Assembly (NCBI GenBank): GCA_051294375.1
Contig: CM119267.1
Location: 3,840,759 to 3,904,744, forward strand
DNA length: 63,986 bases
Direction of reading: 5' to 3'
Source of the DNA: Paraspadella gotoi
Taxonomy: Eukaryota; Animalia; Chaetognatha
The position numbers were made by a program, and so were the translations under genes. The notes below the pieces were generated by a model. The model was not told the DNA's origin, ran no database searches, and saw only the letters and a list, made by a program, of their open reading frames with translations. Positions 11,416 to 24,300 of the stretch are shown here, piece after piece (the first letter of the stretch is position 1; every line of letters starts with the position of its first letter).

Positions 11416-14400
11416 CAGAGAGAGACGATCAAACACAAACTAAAAAAAGTTAAACCAAAACAAAATTGAGACTGACGATTTCAATCAAACGTTTCGTCAA
11501 CAGAATTGTTCTCCCGAGAATCAGTCACAATATAGGAATATTTTTAACATTGAAGAGTAAATTTAATTAAAATAAATTTGGACCCGGACCTAACCTGCTC
11601 TCGCCTCAAAATTTTGAGAATATTTCTTTTTAAACTTTTGAGAGCAAAATTATATATGAATTGGTACACACCATCACTATATAAATTATCCATTCATTTA
11701 ATAAATAAGCTATCTTCCCTGACTTTGGAAGGCTTTGTGGTTTTAAGGCTCCATCACGTCTTACCAAGATAATTACATAGCAGGTCCTGCAAGCTTTCAA
11801 TCAAGACTCTCTCACAGTCCCTGTTATTACTCCCAGATTACCATGGCTTCCGCTGATCATGAATGCAAAAGTATATATTATGATATCCATACTCCATATC
11901 ATCTGGACTCTACCCGCGATCCTGAACTTTGGTCCTGGGACACAAAAAAATTGGATCAGCGTTTGTGAATCATATTTTTGACTAATTAACACGACCGCAA
12001 TTCCGCCGAAATCTATAATTTGAAATTTTTTTATGAGATCAGTTCATAACATTTTATTCATAATTCCATTTTAAATGTTAGTGTATTTTGTTTTTATTGA
12101 ATTTTAATACTTTAATTAAAAAAAAAATCTGGACCTGGTTGTTAGACTTAAAAACTTGTTCAAATTTCTAGCAATATATTTAACATTTGACAGCAATTTA
12201 AACTCCAAATTAAATCAGGACCGGACCTGACCTGAATTTGAGAGCAAATTTGACTCTGGACCCGGACTTGGACCTGCGATTCGGATCAACATTCCGGAGA
12301 TGTTTTTGACATTTGAGAGAAATTAAAACTCGAAACCTTTTTTTTTATGATCCTAAATTTCTCACCACCTTATTAAATATCCTGGTGATCACGTGACTGG
12401 ACAGAGGGCAAGTATGCGTATCGGACATCGAAAAAATTAAACTAATTTAAGTGACGAAGTAGAGAACTGCTAGAGAAATTGACTGACCGACCGAAAAGGC
12501 GACTTTCGGAGTATGCAAATAAAAAGTTGAGAAAAGAGTAGGATGCGCTCAAGAGGGCGCGAAGACCCGACGCAAAAAAAAAAAAAAAAAAAAAAAAAAC
12601 CCGAAGAGATTCTGTCGAGACTCATTTATATATCGTCGTCGTCTTCGTCGGTCGTCGTGGCGTCATCGTCCTCCTCTTCGTTCTGGTCGTCGTCGTCTTG
12701 TCATCGTCGTCATTGTCACCACTTCGTGGTCGCCGTTGTCGTCGTTGTTGTCAACGTCCTCCTCGATGTTTTAGTCGTCGTTCTTGTTATTGTTGTTAGT
12801 TTTGTCATCGACTAACATCGTCGTTGTTGTTCTCTGCTGTTGTATCAACTACCTTATCGCCGTTGTCGCTGCCGACTATGTCCTCACTGTTGTAGGCATT
12901 TGTCATCCTCACCGTTGTCATCGTTGTTCATCTTTGTTGTCGGCGTCAATGTCAATGCGCCATTGTTCTAGTTGTCGTTGTCGTCTTCGTCATCCTCTCT
13001 GTTCTGGTCTTTCGTCGTCGTCGTCTTCGTCCTCGTCGTCGTCGTTCTCCGGTCCATCGTTAATTCAGGCTGGCATCTCAAGAACTCTCCCGCCCTTTTT
13101 GGGTTGATTCGATTCTTCGCACTTTTGCCTTGATGTCAATTCTTCCATTCTCAATCAAGCAACTTACAATCACCTCGACCTCCCCATCGCATTCTTTACC
13201 TCACCTCTTTAATGTCCTTTTCATTTCGCATTCACCTCTCAACGTCATTACGCCACTCTCAATCCGCCCGACATTCGATCTTCCTCTCCCGCCTGCTTCC
13301 AGTGTCCCTCCCAGCATCACTGACCCTCGGGACCACATTTTCGGCAAGATAATAAGTTAGCTTCGTGAGACAAAATCCTATTTCACCTTTTGACTCGTTT
13401 CAACTTTATCACAATTCACATTCCACGCTTCCCACACTTTACGACATCTCCCAATCACATGACTTACTCACCACACCTCGCCCTTTCTCGATCACGTGAT
13501 CGCTTCACAACACCTCACCCTTTCTCATTCACGTGATCACGCGTCACCTTCTCACATCTCCGCCTCGTTATCTCTTTTCCTTCGTTCCTTTCTCTGCATT
13601 TTATTTCCTCTCCTCGTTTTTTTTCTGGACGAGATTAAAAGAGGAGAGACCTCTCTCCCCCACCCACGCCTACCTCCTTATTCAAACCTCTCTCTCTCCT
13701 TCTCTTTCTCTCTCTCTCTCACACTTCCTTTCCACTCTCAACTTATGCTCTTCACTCCTTCTCTCTCTCCAACTTTCTTATAGGTCGCGTGGAACCTCGA
13801 CTCCATAAGACGCTTTTTGTTCTTGTCTGTCTGTCAAAAATAAGCTTAGATAAGACACAGAACGAAAATTGTCATACGAGATAAAAGTTTACGTCGTCTA
13901 ATAAGCTTTTATAAAGCTCGAATGAATACGAGCAAAGAGGAAGAGGAAAAGGAGAAAGAGGAGGAAGACGATAACATTAAGTTTGTAAAGAGGAGAAGAG
14001 GAGGAGAGAAAGAATAAGAGACATCCGCGCCTCGTATTGAACGCTGATTCAGCATTTTCCAAAACTTCCCTTTCTCTTTCAGTTTGAACTTTCTCTTCTT
14101 CTCCCTCTATTTACTCCTCTCTTTTCTTCCTTCTTTTCCCACCTAAAGTGGTTTTTTTTTCCTCTCCTCCCTCTAGGTATATTTAATTCAGTTTTAGTTT
14201 CTGGAATTTCCCCGCAATTACTATTCCATATTTAGTCTCTTCCCGCCCATGCCTCGTTTGTGCCCCACGAACTTCAATATTTCTATTTCAGCTTCCATAT
14301 CTCCTCGTCCTACTTGTTCTCTTCTTCAGATTTTCGTATATATATAACCTATATCATATAGTCTATATATCATTCACTCTTACTCCATCAAAAAAAACAA

Positions 14401-14830
14401 CGCCAGAATAGCCCAATTTCCTTAACCCTTTTCAGTCTCTTGGAACGATCCCTTTTCTTACCTCACTTAAGCTTACCACATCAACACGCCACTCCTTACC
14501 CTCAACCCTCAACACATCACCCCCCCCCTCGTTCTCATCGACGAATTGATTCGCCAGGCTTTGGCTCCTCCTCCTCCTCCTCCTCCTCCTCTTCTCTTTA
14601 AACGGCGAGTCGATAACCCCTACCTTGACCTCGGCCTCCTGACTCCTCATTTTCAGAGATTTTCTTTTTTTTTGGTTGATAAAAAAATTACATGAACTCT
14701 TTTATGCTTAAAGTTTTATGGCTCATGACAGAAATCCAGACAGCTCGATTTCGAATCCCTTGACCGGAATGCGTTTAACAAAGTCTCTAATGTAACTCCT
14801 GCGATAATCATAATATATACTACTAATAAA

Positions 14831-15584
14831 CAGGGAATGTGGAGCCGGAGTTTAACACAGGAGCCCGGCCTCCTTCATATATTCGCACCTCAACTTTAAT
14901 CCCTAATATCTCATTGCCAGTACCTTCCTTAACCCTTAATGCCGGCTTCTTGTTTATCTTAACCTTAAATTGACATTAACCCTAACCCATAACCTTAAAC
15001 TACTCAAACCTTAACCTAACCCTAAACTACTCAACCCTAAACCCTAATTCTTCTACCAACCAACCTTAACCCCTCAAACCAAACCAACTCAACCCAATCT
15101 AACCCTAAAACCCTACCCTAACCATAATCTGAGTTTTAAATAAAATCACTTTTACGAGTCTAAATATATTTACAGTAACATACCAAAGAGTGAGATATCA
15201 CCAAAAAATAAAAGAAATATTTTGCTATATTATCTAATATTTTTAAAAATAATTTTTATTATATAATATATTTTTATATTAAAATATATTATATATTATA
15301 ATATAAAATAAATATTAAATATAATAAAATATAAATTATATGATTTAAAGAAATATATTATGAATATTTAATTTCATAAATTTAATTATATACATAGTAA
15401 TGCGAGCGGAGTTGAGCCGGAGCCGGAGCCGAGTTGAAATTTTTGCTGGAGCCCGAGCCGGAGCCGGAGCCGAAAAAAAATTTCGCTTGGAGCCGGAGCC
15501 GGAGCTGGAGCCGGAAAAAAATTTGGCCTGGAGCTGGAGCCGGAGCTGGAGCCGAGACAAAATTAGGTCGGCTCCACATCCCTG
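14831..15584. mobile_element. Non-autonomous hAT-type MITE with GGAGCC subterminal repeats
   Basis: TIRs CAGGGAATGTGGAGCCG / CGGCTCCACATCCCTG. 8-bp TSD CTAATAAA (14823-14830) / CTTATAAA (15585-15592), one mismatch. Array of GGAGCC/GGAGCT hexamers at 15405-15555. Confidence 0.85.
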
Positions 15585-16708
15585 CTTATAAAGTATATAT
15601 AATATTTGTTTCTAAACGCTTTACCGCTTGACTGCTAACTCTTTTCGTTGCGAAAAACTTACGTAAATATGAATCAATACTTAACTAAAATATGGATCTC
15701 AGGTTAAGAAAATTAATTTCAAAAAACTTTTTCAATCTCATCTCTGCTCCGTCATACGAGCAAGTGAAGCAGCTCTCGGCGGCCAATTTTAAATCCACGA
15801 ACATTTCCTAGAAATTCGAACCTTTATTTTCTACAGCGAAACCCAATTTTTTTTCGGTCCAACCTCGCGTCAATCTCGGGTCCTCCTGTATAAAATCCTT
15901 AAAAAAAAAAATTTGCATACGCAGATTGGATTCTCAGGATGCTGAGGAGGAGGAAGAGGAGGAGGAGGAGGAGGAAGAAGACGATGAATAGAAATCGATG
16001 AATACTGATAGAGATAATGATAATGGTGATTATGTCGCTCATTTCATGGGGTTGATCGAGAAGGGGGATGATATTATGATAGACTATTAAGTCATCCCTA
16101 TTTGTATATAAATGTATATTCTTTAGCAGTTTTTAATGTAATACATGCACGTTCAATTTATTGTTTTATGCTCGAGAACGATTCCTTATCTAGTATTTGT
16201 TGATGATGAAGATGGTGATGATGATTGATGATGATGTTCATGAGGATGATATAATGATATGATGATGTGACGATGATGTTGACGTATGTTTGCCGAGGAG
16301 AGACACGATTGTTTAAACCTGGAAAAAAGTTTGAGGTAAAGGTTTTAGAAAAACTCGGATTAGAAAATCGGGTCTCGTCCAGGAGAAAGATCCGGAGAGA
16401 AAGCCTCGCCCTCCTTCCTCCTTCCCTCCTCTTCCTCCTCCTCCTTCCTCCTCCGTCCGCCCTCCTCCTCCTCTTTGTGTCCTCCCGAAGTTTACCTTTT
16501 ACCAACCCACTGCTACGCTTCAAACTGTCGCTTCTTTTTCATTCTCTGTCGCTTCTTTTCATTCTCTGTACGCTTCTTTTTCTTCTTTGTCCGCTTCTTT
16601 TTCATTCTTTGTCCGCTTCTTTTACACTCTATGTCCCCTGTTTTTCCATCTTCTGTCCGCTTCCGATTGGCCATTTCCTTTTCTGTTTCTTTCCCTCCAA
16701 ATTCTTTC

Positions 16709-17614
16709 CTCTTCATTTTCGCATCATTTTTCACTTTTTTCACTTTGTTCACGTTTATCACTTCTTTCACTGCTTCTTTCACTTCTTTCACTTTGTTCAC
16801 GTTTATCACTTCTTTCACTGCTTCTTTCACTTCATTCACTTTGTTCACGTTTATCACTTCTTTCACTGCTTCTTTCACTTTTCTACTTATCATTTCACTC
16901 AAATTTATTTTACTTTTAATTTAATCAGTTCACATTTTTACTTTCACTTATCCTCGCTCTATTTCTACATAGCTCTCTCCTTTGCCTGTATTTTCCTCCT
17001 TTCTTTCATTCATTCATTCATTTATTCATTCATTCATTCATTCCCTCAGTCTCTTTACCTCCACCCGCCCCCTCAGTTCTCTTCTCGTGCACAAAAATGA
17101 CTCAGGAGACTCAGTCAGGGAGAATGAGAGAGGAGAAGAGAAGTGAGAAAAAATTAAATAAATAAATAAAATGAATAAATGATATGGAAATGAATGAATG
17201 TATGAATGAATGAATGAATGAATGAGATGAATGAATAAATGAATGAATAAATGATTGAATGATTGAAAGAAAGGAGAAAATACAGGGCAACGGAAGAGGA
17301 GCTCAATGGTAGAAACTAGAGCGGAGCGGATGGAAGTACGCCACGGAAGTAAAATGTGAAAGCTGGATATAAATTAAAAGTAAATAAATTGAGTGAAATG
17401 GATGAAGTAGAAAAGATGAAAGCAAGCAGTGAAAGAAGTTGATAAACGTGAACCAAAGTGGAATCTGAAGTGAAAGAATAAGAGTGAAAGGTGAAGTTGA
17501 TAAATACAGTTGAACGAAAGTGAAAGAAGTGAACAGGAGAGCTGTGAAAGAAGTGAATTAAACGTGAACAAAGTGAGAGAGTGAAAAAAGTGAAAAATGA
17601 TCCGAAAATGAAAG
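16709..17614. repeat. Noisy foldback (16709-~17040 vs ~17205-17614) ending at a 25-N gap; includes a 48-bp x3 tandem repeat at ~16738-16880
   Basis: The right arm is an insertion-rich reverse complement of the left arm. Confidence 0.8.
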
Positions 17615-18029
17615 NNNNNNNNNNNNNNNNNNNNNNNNNGGTTGGGGTGGGACTTGGTGGGACTGGGTGGGTTGGTAGGCTCGAGTGGTGAGGTGAGGGT
17701 GGGGAAGGTGAGGTAAGAGGCTGGAGAGTTTGGTGAGTATGACTTAAAGAATGACCAGTTCATTGACCACTGGCCAAAGGAGAAATATTAGATGATAAAA
17801 ATCTAAAAAAATATTAAAAGCAGATGATTAATAACTCTACGTAATAGTACTATTGTATTTTTACAATGAACAAGATTTTAATCACGTATATATTATATAA
17901 TCATAGCCACAATTCCGCTTCTAGGCGATCAAAAATAACAACAACCACAACAACAATAACAACAACAACGTGAAGCCGATGACGAAAGAAGGAAAATTGA
18001 AAACACGAGCGATAAACAAGAGATTAGTG

Positions 18030-18430
18030 GGTAGACCGACAGAACGACGAAGACCGATAAAGGCCGACAGAAGCTAACAAAGGCCGACGTAGGCCGACAG
18101 AGGCCTACAGGAGTCAACAGAGACCGACAAAGGTTGACAAAGGCTGACGAAGGTCGACAGAGGCTGACAGATGGATCAATCCCGACAGAGACCGATAGAG
18201 GCCGACAGAGTCTGACAGAGGTCGAAAGAGGCTATCCGAGTCTGACAAAGGCCGAAAAAGTCCGACAGAGGCTGACAAAGGTTCCCAAAGGCCGTCAAAG
18301 ACTGAAAGAGGCCAAAAATGGGAGTCAGAGGCCAACAGAGGCTGACCGAAGCTGACAAATCCCGACAGAGGCTAACAAAGGAGGAATAAGTTTGCGGAGG
18401 CCGAGAGAGGCCGACAAAGGCCGACAAAAT
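18030..18430. repeat. Degenerate 10-bp minisatellite (AGGCCGACAR)n
   Basis: Recurrent gaggccgaca/aaggccgaca/gaggctgaca with 10-bp period. Confidence 0.85.
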
Positions 18431-18823
18431 ACGTCCGTCATCCAAGTCCCTCATTTCCCGACACCAAACTCGACGTCCATCAATTATTTCTTTCTCTCTC
18501 TAGACTTTAAAGGTCACACCCTGTAGCGACCTTAAGAGTCTACAGGGTCTTCGCACTCCCATCGCTCATTAATTCACTCTTTGGCCTCACCTCCCCCATC
18601 GCCCTCCCCCCACTTCGCCCCCCTTCCTTTCGATTCCGACGTGAGAAAAGAAGAAAAGCGTTGATTTTCTTGTGTGAAATGTGTGAAACTCTCTCACAGT
18701 CTCACCTTTTCTCTTCACTCCCGATTTCCCTTTTCGATTTCGAGTTTTCTTTTTCTATTAGATTTCTTTTGATTACCGCCAACTAGGTTTTTCTGTTTCT
18801 CGCTTGCTCTCTGTCTATTTCTT

Positions 18824-18883
<60 letters not shown>

Positions 18884-19111
18884 CTTCATGAAACGACAAC
18901 GCCCCCTGGGGAACATAATCGAGGATTTCCCACTATTTTTCTCCACATGAAATGTTTAGTGTTCATTGTAAAACGTAATAGACCGGCGTTGTTAATACAT
19001 CAGTCGTTAATAAATAAAAGAAAACACAATATTTTTACAATATTTTTACAAGAAAAACAAAGAGAAAAAAAATCAATTTGTAATGATCACTGATGCGGTT
19101 CAACTTACGCC

Positions 19112-19797
19112 TTTTTTAGTCGGATCTGCTTATCAGCAGATTCCGACTTTATAATCAACTTTGTCAGTCCGTCGGTCCGCCCCCACAATCCTGTCGGTCA
19201 TTCACTTAGACCATGTCAGACCATCAAATTATGATAAATTATGCAAAAAAATAATTGTCCGTCTGTCCGTCCATCCTTCCATCCATCTTTCTGTCTGTTC
19301 GTCAGACTGTCCGTCCGTCCATCCCCATTAGCAAAAAACTCCAATTACTCATGATTGGAGGAATGGATTGAGTTGAAATTTTGTGTTCGAGTAAAAAACT
19401 GTACGATCAAGCTTAATATAAAGTTTTGATGGAAACCTGCGAGTGGAAATGAGTTTAAATTGAAAAACCAAAGTTCATATTTACTTGAATTTGTATAATT
19501 ATATTTACTGAATGGATTGAGATGAAACTTTGTGTGTGGGTGGGAAAGTATGTGATTGATCTGGATATATAGATTCGATGGAATCATACTAGTGGAAAAG
19601 AGTTTAAATAGAAAAAAACTAAAGTCACATTTATAAATTTAAATTTTTTTTAATTTTAAAGTTTGTTCTCTCTCTCTCAGTTGAAATGATTGATTGGCTG
19701 ATTGATCAGTTGCTTGAATGATTGATTTATAGATTCTTTTATTGATTTACCGCTCAATTATCGTGGGCAGATCCGACATTGTTTGCTCAAACTTGTT
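19112..19797 (-). mobile_element. Family H2 full copy
   Basis: TTTTTTAGTCGGATCTGCTTATCAGCAGATTCCGAC ... (GTCC)n ... two ~180-bp central repeats ... GCAGATCCGACATTGTTTGCTCAAACTTGTT. Confidence 0.75.
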
Positions 19798-21071
19798 TTT
19801 TTTTTAATGACAGACTTTCTTTATTTAATTTTAAGCGTCGCGCGAATCGTAACTAATTACATTTTCTCACTCTGTCTTTTTCCTCACACACAATCCGCTT
19901 TACTCTTCACTTTCTGTACTATATCCATACCGCCCCCCCCNNNNNNNNNNNNNNNNNNNNNNNNNNNNNNNNNNNNNNNNNNNNNNNNNNNNNNNNNNNN
20001 NNNNNNNNNNNNNNNNNNNNNNNNNNNNNNNNNNNNNNNNNNNNNNNNNNNNNNNNNNNNNNNNNNNNNNNNNNNNNNNNNNNNNNNNNNNNNNNNNNNN
20101 NNNNNNNNNNNNNNNNNNNNNNNNNNNNNNNNNNNNNNNNNNNNNNNNNNNNNNNNNNNNNNNNNNNNNNNNNNNNNNNNNNNNNNNNNNNNNNNNNNNN
20201 NNNNNNNNNNNNNNNNNNNNNNNNNNNNNNNNNNNNNNNNNNNNNNNNNNNNNNNNNNNNNNNNNNNNNNNNNNNNNNNNNNNNNNNNNNNNNNNNNNNN
20301 NNNNNNNNNNNNNNNNNNNNNNNNNNNNNNNNNNNNNNNNNNNNNNNNNNNNNNNNNNNNNNNNNNNNNNNNNNNNNNNNNNNNNNNNNNNNNNNNNNNN
20401 NNNNNNNNNNNNNNNNNNNNNNNNNNNNNNNNNNNNNNNNNNNNNNNNNNNNNNNNNNNNNNNNNNNNNNNNNNNNNNNNNNNNNNNNNNNNNNNNNNNN
20501 NNNNNNNNNNNNNNNNNNNNNNNNNNNNNNNNNNNNNNNNNNNNNNNNNNNNNNNNNNNNNNNNNNNNNNNNNNNNNNNNNNNNNNNNNNNNNNNNNNNN
20601 NNNNNNNNNNNNNNNNNNNNNNNNNNNNNNNNNNNNNNNNNNNNNNNNNNNNNNNNNNNNNNNNNNNNNNNNNNNNNNNNNNNNNGAAATGTATCGATAA
20701 CAACGAGAAAAAGTAATAAACATTAAGATTAATAAGGCGAAAAAAGTAAATAATGTAATTCGTAGAATATGAAATTCAAATAATATACAATAGCGTAAGA
20801 TCAATTTAAAACGTATTTAACGTAAGTCTTACGGAACACTTTGAAAAATGGGATTTTTACGACAGTAAAATAAATAAAAAAATAAATCTTAGCCAAAGTG
20901 TTTTTTTTTTAACTCAAAAGGTTGAAAGTGACGATGCATAATTTTGTAAGCGACTCTTTACTTATGAATGGTTTCGCTTTCTACCTTAAAAAACTACGAT
21001 TCATCCTTAAAATATTCTTGGGCCATTCGATGAATATTTGAAGCGACCGTGAGTGAAAAAGCGTTTCTAGC

Positions 21072-21107
<36 letters not shown>

Positions 21108-21290
21108 NNNNNNNNNNNNNNNNNNNNNNNNNNNNNNNNNNNNNNNNNNNNNNNNNNNNNNNNNNNNNNNNNNNNNNNNNNNNNNNNNNNNNNNNNNNNN
21201 NNNNNNNNNNNNNNNNNNNNNNNNNNNNNNNNNNNNNNNNNNNNNNNNNNNNNNNNNNNNNNNNNNNNNNNNNNNNNNNNNNNNNNNNNN

Positions 21291-22731
21291 TTTTTCCCCC
21301 CAAACCTCTTCCGTTGAGTCAGTGAATGATTCCAACGTTTTTATTTTTCATTTAATCACGCGTCTTTGCAACGTTGAACACTGAACGTTAATCGATTTAA
21401 CTCAATCAATCAATCAATCAATCATTTACTCAAGCCAAAACTCAATATTAAGACGGTGGCCAACTTTTTACTAAAAAACAACGAATTCGCTCATGTAGTA
21501 ATTCTTGTTCCCCCACGATCGGTCATTGCAAAGACGCTTATCGGTCGACGTGTCGCCCGTCGAGAAAAGGGTTTTTGACAAGAGTCTTGGCAAAGTTCCC
21601 TACCCGAATCTTAAGAATTCAATGAGATCTAGTTCGAAAGCTCACCAAACTTTTATCATTCGTGTCAAATCGTGGCAGGAATCGTGACAAAAAAAACAAC
21701 AAAAACGTCTTAATTCTGTTTTTTTATTTGTTTGGTTTATTTTGTTTTGCTGATGTATGCTACTGTATCATTATTGATATGAAATAAAATTTTCATAATC
21801 CTTTACTCCACCCCTTACCCCCTACCTACCCCCACACTGGTAGGGACCAACTCCAGAGATAATTAGCAAAGTATTTTTAGTTGTCTTGACTAAATATTTA
21901 AGCAATCATTTTCAAAAAAAATTTACATTTTACGTCTTGATTATTAAATACATTAAATATTACGTGTCTTTTTTACATTATAAAATTTTTTTTCTGAAAT
22001 CTTAAAATTTTTTCATGGATTCTGATAGAGCATAAAAANNNNNNNNNNNNNNNNNNNNNNNNNTCAAATTTTTTACTCAATGACCTTTTCCTCACTAGTA
22101 TTAAATGCCATATAAATCCTGCTCTCTCCTCCTTCTCTCTCTCTCTCTCTGAAAAAGGTTTTTTTAATACTTTCTTTACTAAATTGTACTTTTTCCCCCA
22201 AACCTCTTTCCGTTGAGTCGTGAATGATTCCAACGTTTTTATTTTTCATTTAAATCACGCGTCCTTGCAACGTTGAACACTGAACGTTAATCGATTTAAC
22301 TCAATCAATTCAATCAATCAATCATTTACTCAAGCCAAAACTCAATATTAAGACGGTGGCAACTTTTTACTAAAAACAACGAATTCGCTCATGTAGTAAT
22401 TCTTGTTCCCCCACGATCGTCATTGCCAAAGACGTTATCGGTCGACGTGTCGCCCGTCGAGAAAAGGGTTTTTGACAAGAGTCTTGGCAAAGTTCCTACC
22501 GAATCTTAAGAATTCAATGAATCTAGTTCGAAAGCTCAACCAAACTTTTATCATTCGTGTCAAATCGTGGCAGGAATCGTGACAAAAAAAAACAACAAAA
22601 ACGTCTTAATTCTGTTTTTTTATTTGTTTGGTTTATTTTGTTTTGCTGATGTATGCTACTGTATCATTATTGATATGAAATAAAATTTCATAATCCTTTA
22701 CTCCACCCTTACCCCTACCTACCCCCACACT
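21291..22731. repeat. ~550-bp direct duplication around a 25-N gap (21291-21839 / 22190-22731)
   Basis: TTTTCCCCCAAACCTC...CCTACCCCCACACTG occurs twice with indel-type differences. Confidence 0.85.
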
Positions 22732-22789
22732 GTCACTGGCCTCCATCCACCAACATCCCTACCCAACTCCCTCCCCCCGTCCCTTCCAG

Positions 22790-22947
22790 ACTTCCAACCC
22801 CCCTGGCCGGCCGTGGCGTTGGGCGGCGCGACGCCTCCTCCATCCACGCCGTCGACGTCGGCGCTGTGGAGGTCGTCGTCGTCTGCGGAGTGCTCGTCCT
22901 TCTCGCCGTCCTTTTGCCTTCTCCTCGTCATCCTGTACAAGCGTCAG
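22790..22947 (+). CDS. Internal exon B, probable transmembrane exon
   Basis: Pyrimidine tract cccttccAG, donor CAG|GTGATG, 158 nt (phase 1 to phase 0). Ends CLLLVILYKRQ; an adjacent frame gives ...HAVDVGAVEVVVVCGVLVLLAVL, i.e. a full TM helix if two compensating homopolymer indels are corrected. Confidence 0.65.
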
Positions 22948-22954
22948 GTGATGA

Positions 22955-23260
22955 TGATTGATTGGTTTGATTGGTTGATTTGGTTGACTATCTGGATTGA
23001 TTAGTTGATTGGATTGATTTATAGGATTTGATTAGATTGATTGATTTTATGGATTGATTGGATTGATTGATTGATTGATTGTATTGATTGGATTGACTAT
23101 TGGATGATTGGTTGATTTGGATTGATTTATTGGATTAGATTTGATTGATGATTGATGGATGATTGATTGATGATTGATTGATTGGATTGATTGGATGATT
23201 GATTGATTGATGAATTGAAGGAGGATGGATTGATGGATTGATTTATTGATAAATTGATAA
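22955..23260. repeat. (GATT)n degenerate tetranucleotide microsatellite
   Basis: Directly visible just after the exon B donor. Confidence 0.9.
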
Positions 23261-24204
23261 AAAATATTCGAGTAATTGAATGATTGATAGATTGAAAGAG
23301 CGATTGATTCTTTGATCGTTTTATCGCTTGATTGTTTCTTGTATTAATGATCCCCGACCTCGCATTCTAAACCCGTCGCCTGCTAAAGTGCGACACCGGA
23401 TTCTCTATGAAAAAGGGTTTTAAAACTCGGCGCCATTCCGTGTACCAGTAAAGAGCCAACCTCTCATTCGTTCTCCTTGCATTCCGGCGGCGGCGGCGGC
23501 GGCGGCGGCGAGACTAACAAAAGATGCGCTTCGTTGTCGAAGACATTTGCAAATGGCGCGAGCGAGAGAGAGACGCCGAGAGAGAGCGAGAGAGAGCGAG
23601 AGAGAAAAAACAGAGAGCGCTCTCGTTTGTGTTTGGAAGGATGATATCTATTTATCATCGGGACTCTCTCTCTCTCTCTCTTGAAAAAAACAGAGAGAGA
23701 GAGAGAGAGAGATAGAGAGAGAGTCGAGAAGATAAAAAAAAGAGGAAAGAGAAAAAGATGGCGACCGCGCCGTGAAGCCGAGAAAAAGAAGAGACTTTAA
23801 AAGGGATTTTTCTTTTTCGTTCGTCCGATGTTAAGACTTTCCTTTCCTCCCTTGGATAGATCGTGAAGGGGTGAGGGTTAGGGGTAAGTGTTTAAGGGGG
23901 TGGGCCGGGGGGACTGGAAGTATTGAGGTCTTTTCCTTCTATCGACGATGAGACGTGATTAAAGGAAAATGGGACTTTTTGCTTTGACAAGAAATCAAGA
24001 CGGAGATCTTACTTAAGAGTCTAGGTGCACGTACAATTGATACAGTTCCTAAAATATTATGTTACCTCATTGATATTAAAAGCCAGGTGCTCTTGGAGTT
24101 GATGAACTAAACTGTGAGAGAGGTTTGATTGAAAACTTGTAAGATACTGCTATGTTACCTACTATTTTGTAAAAGTCAGGATAGGTTATTTATTCAATGT
24201 GTAC

Positions 24205-24300
24205 CTATCTCAACTTGCTTTGTCTACGATTCCAAGACGAGAAATACTATGACACGAGTATATTTTTCGGAACACAAATATACTGTTAAGCGCTAAGAGA
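24205..24300 (+). mobile_element. Decayed GIY-YIG endonuclease fragment (Penelope-like element)
   Basis: Translates STCFVYDSKTRNTMTRVYFSEHKYTVKR*, resembling the C..YIGxTxRxLxxRxxEH motif. Pattern recall only. Confidence 0.35.

Larger units (their letters stand above)
5812..14372. repeat. ~4.3-kb direct duplication either side of a 25-N gap (~5812-10068 / 10094-~14372); probable assembly artefact
   Basis: Collinear copies differing by scattered 1-nt indels, with noise highest next to the gap at 10069-10093. Confidence 0.85.

Noticed and set aside
5812-14372. Biological segmental duplication
   Set aside because: The copies abut a 25-N gap and differ by read-type indels; most simply an unmerged overlap.
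15345-15631. APAPAP / EPEPEP / SGSGSG ORFs
   Set aside because: Readings of the GGAGCC subterminal hexamers of the hAT MITE.
16267-17100. 277-aa Phe/His-rich ORF and the antisense KEAVKEVINVNKV repeat ORF
   Set aside because: Products of a 48-bp tandem repeat and pyrimidine-rich tracts lacking stops; no domain similarity recognised.
16709-17614. Long hairpin as a hpRNA/siRNA locus
   Set aside because: The right arm is an insertion-rich mirror ending at a 25-N gap, typical of a raw foldback long read.
19783-20804. Long ORFs of 267-306 aa
   Set aside because: They span an N gap (19941-20685); the same applies to ORFs over gaps at 19-280, 1623-1943, 2309-2486, 21108-21290 and 47307-47637.
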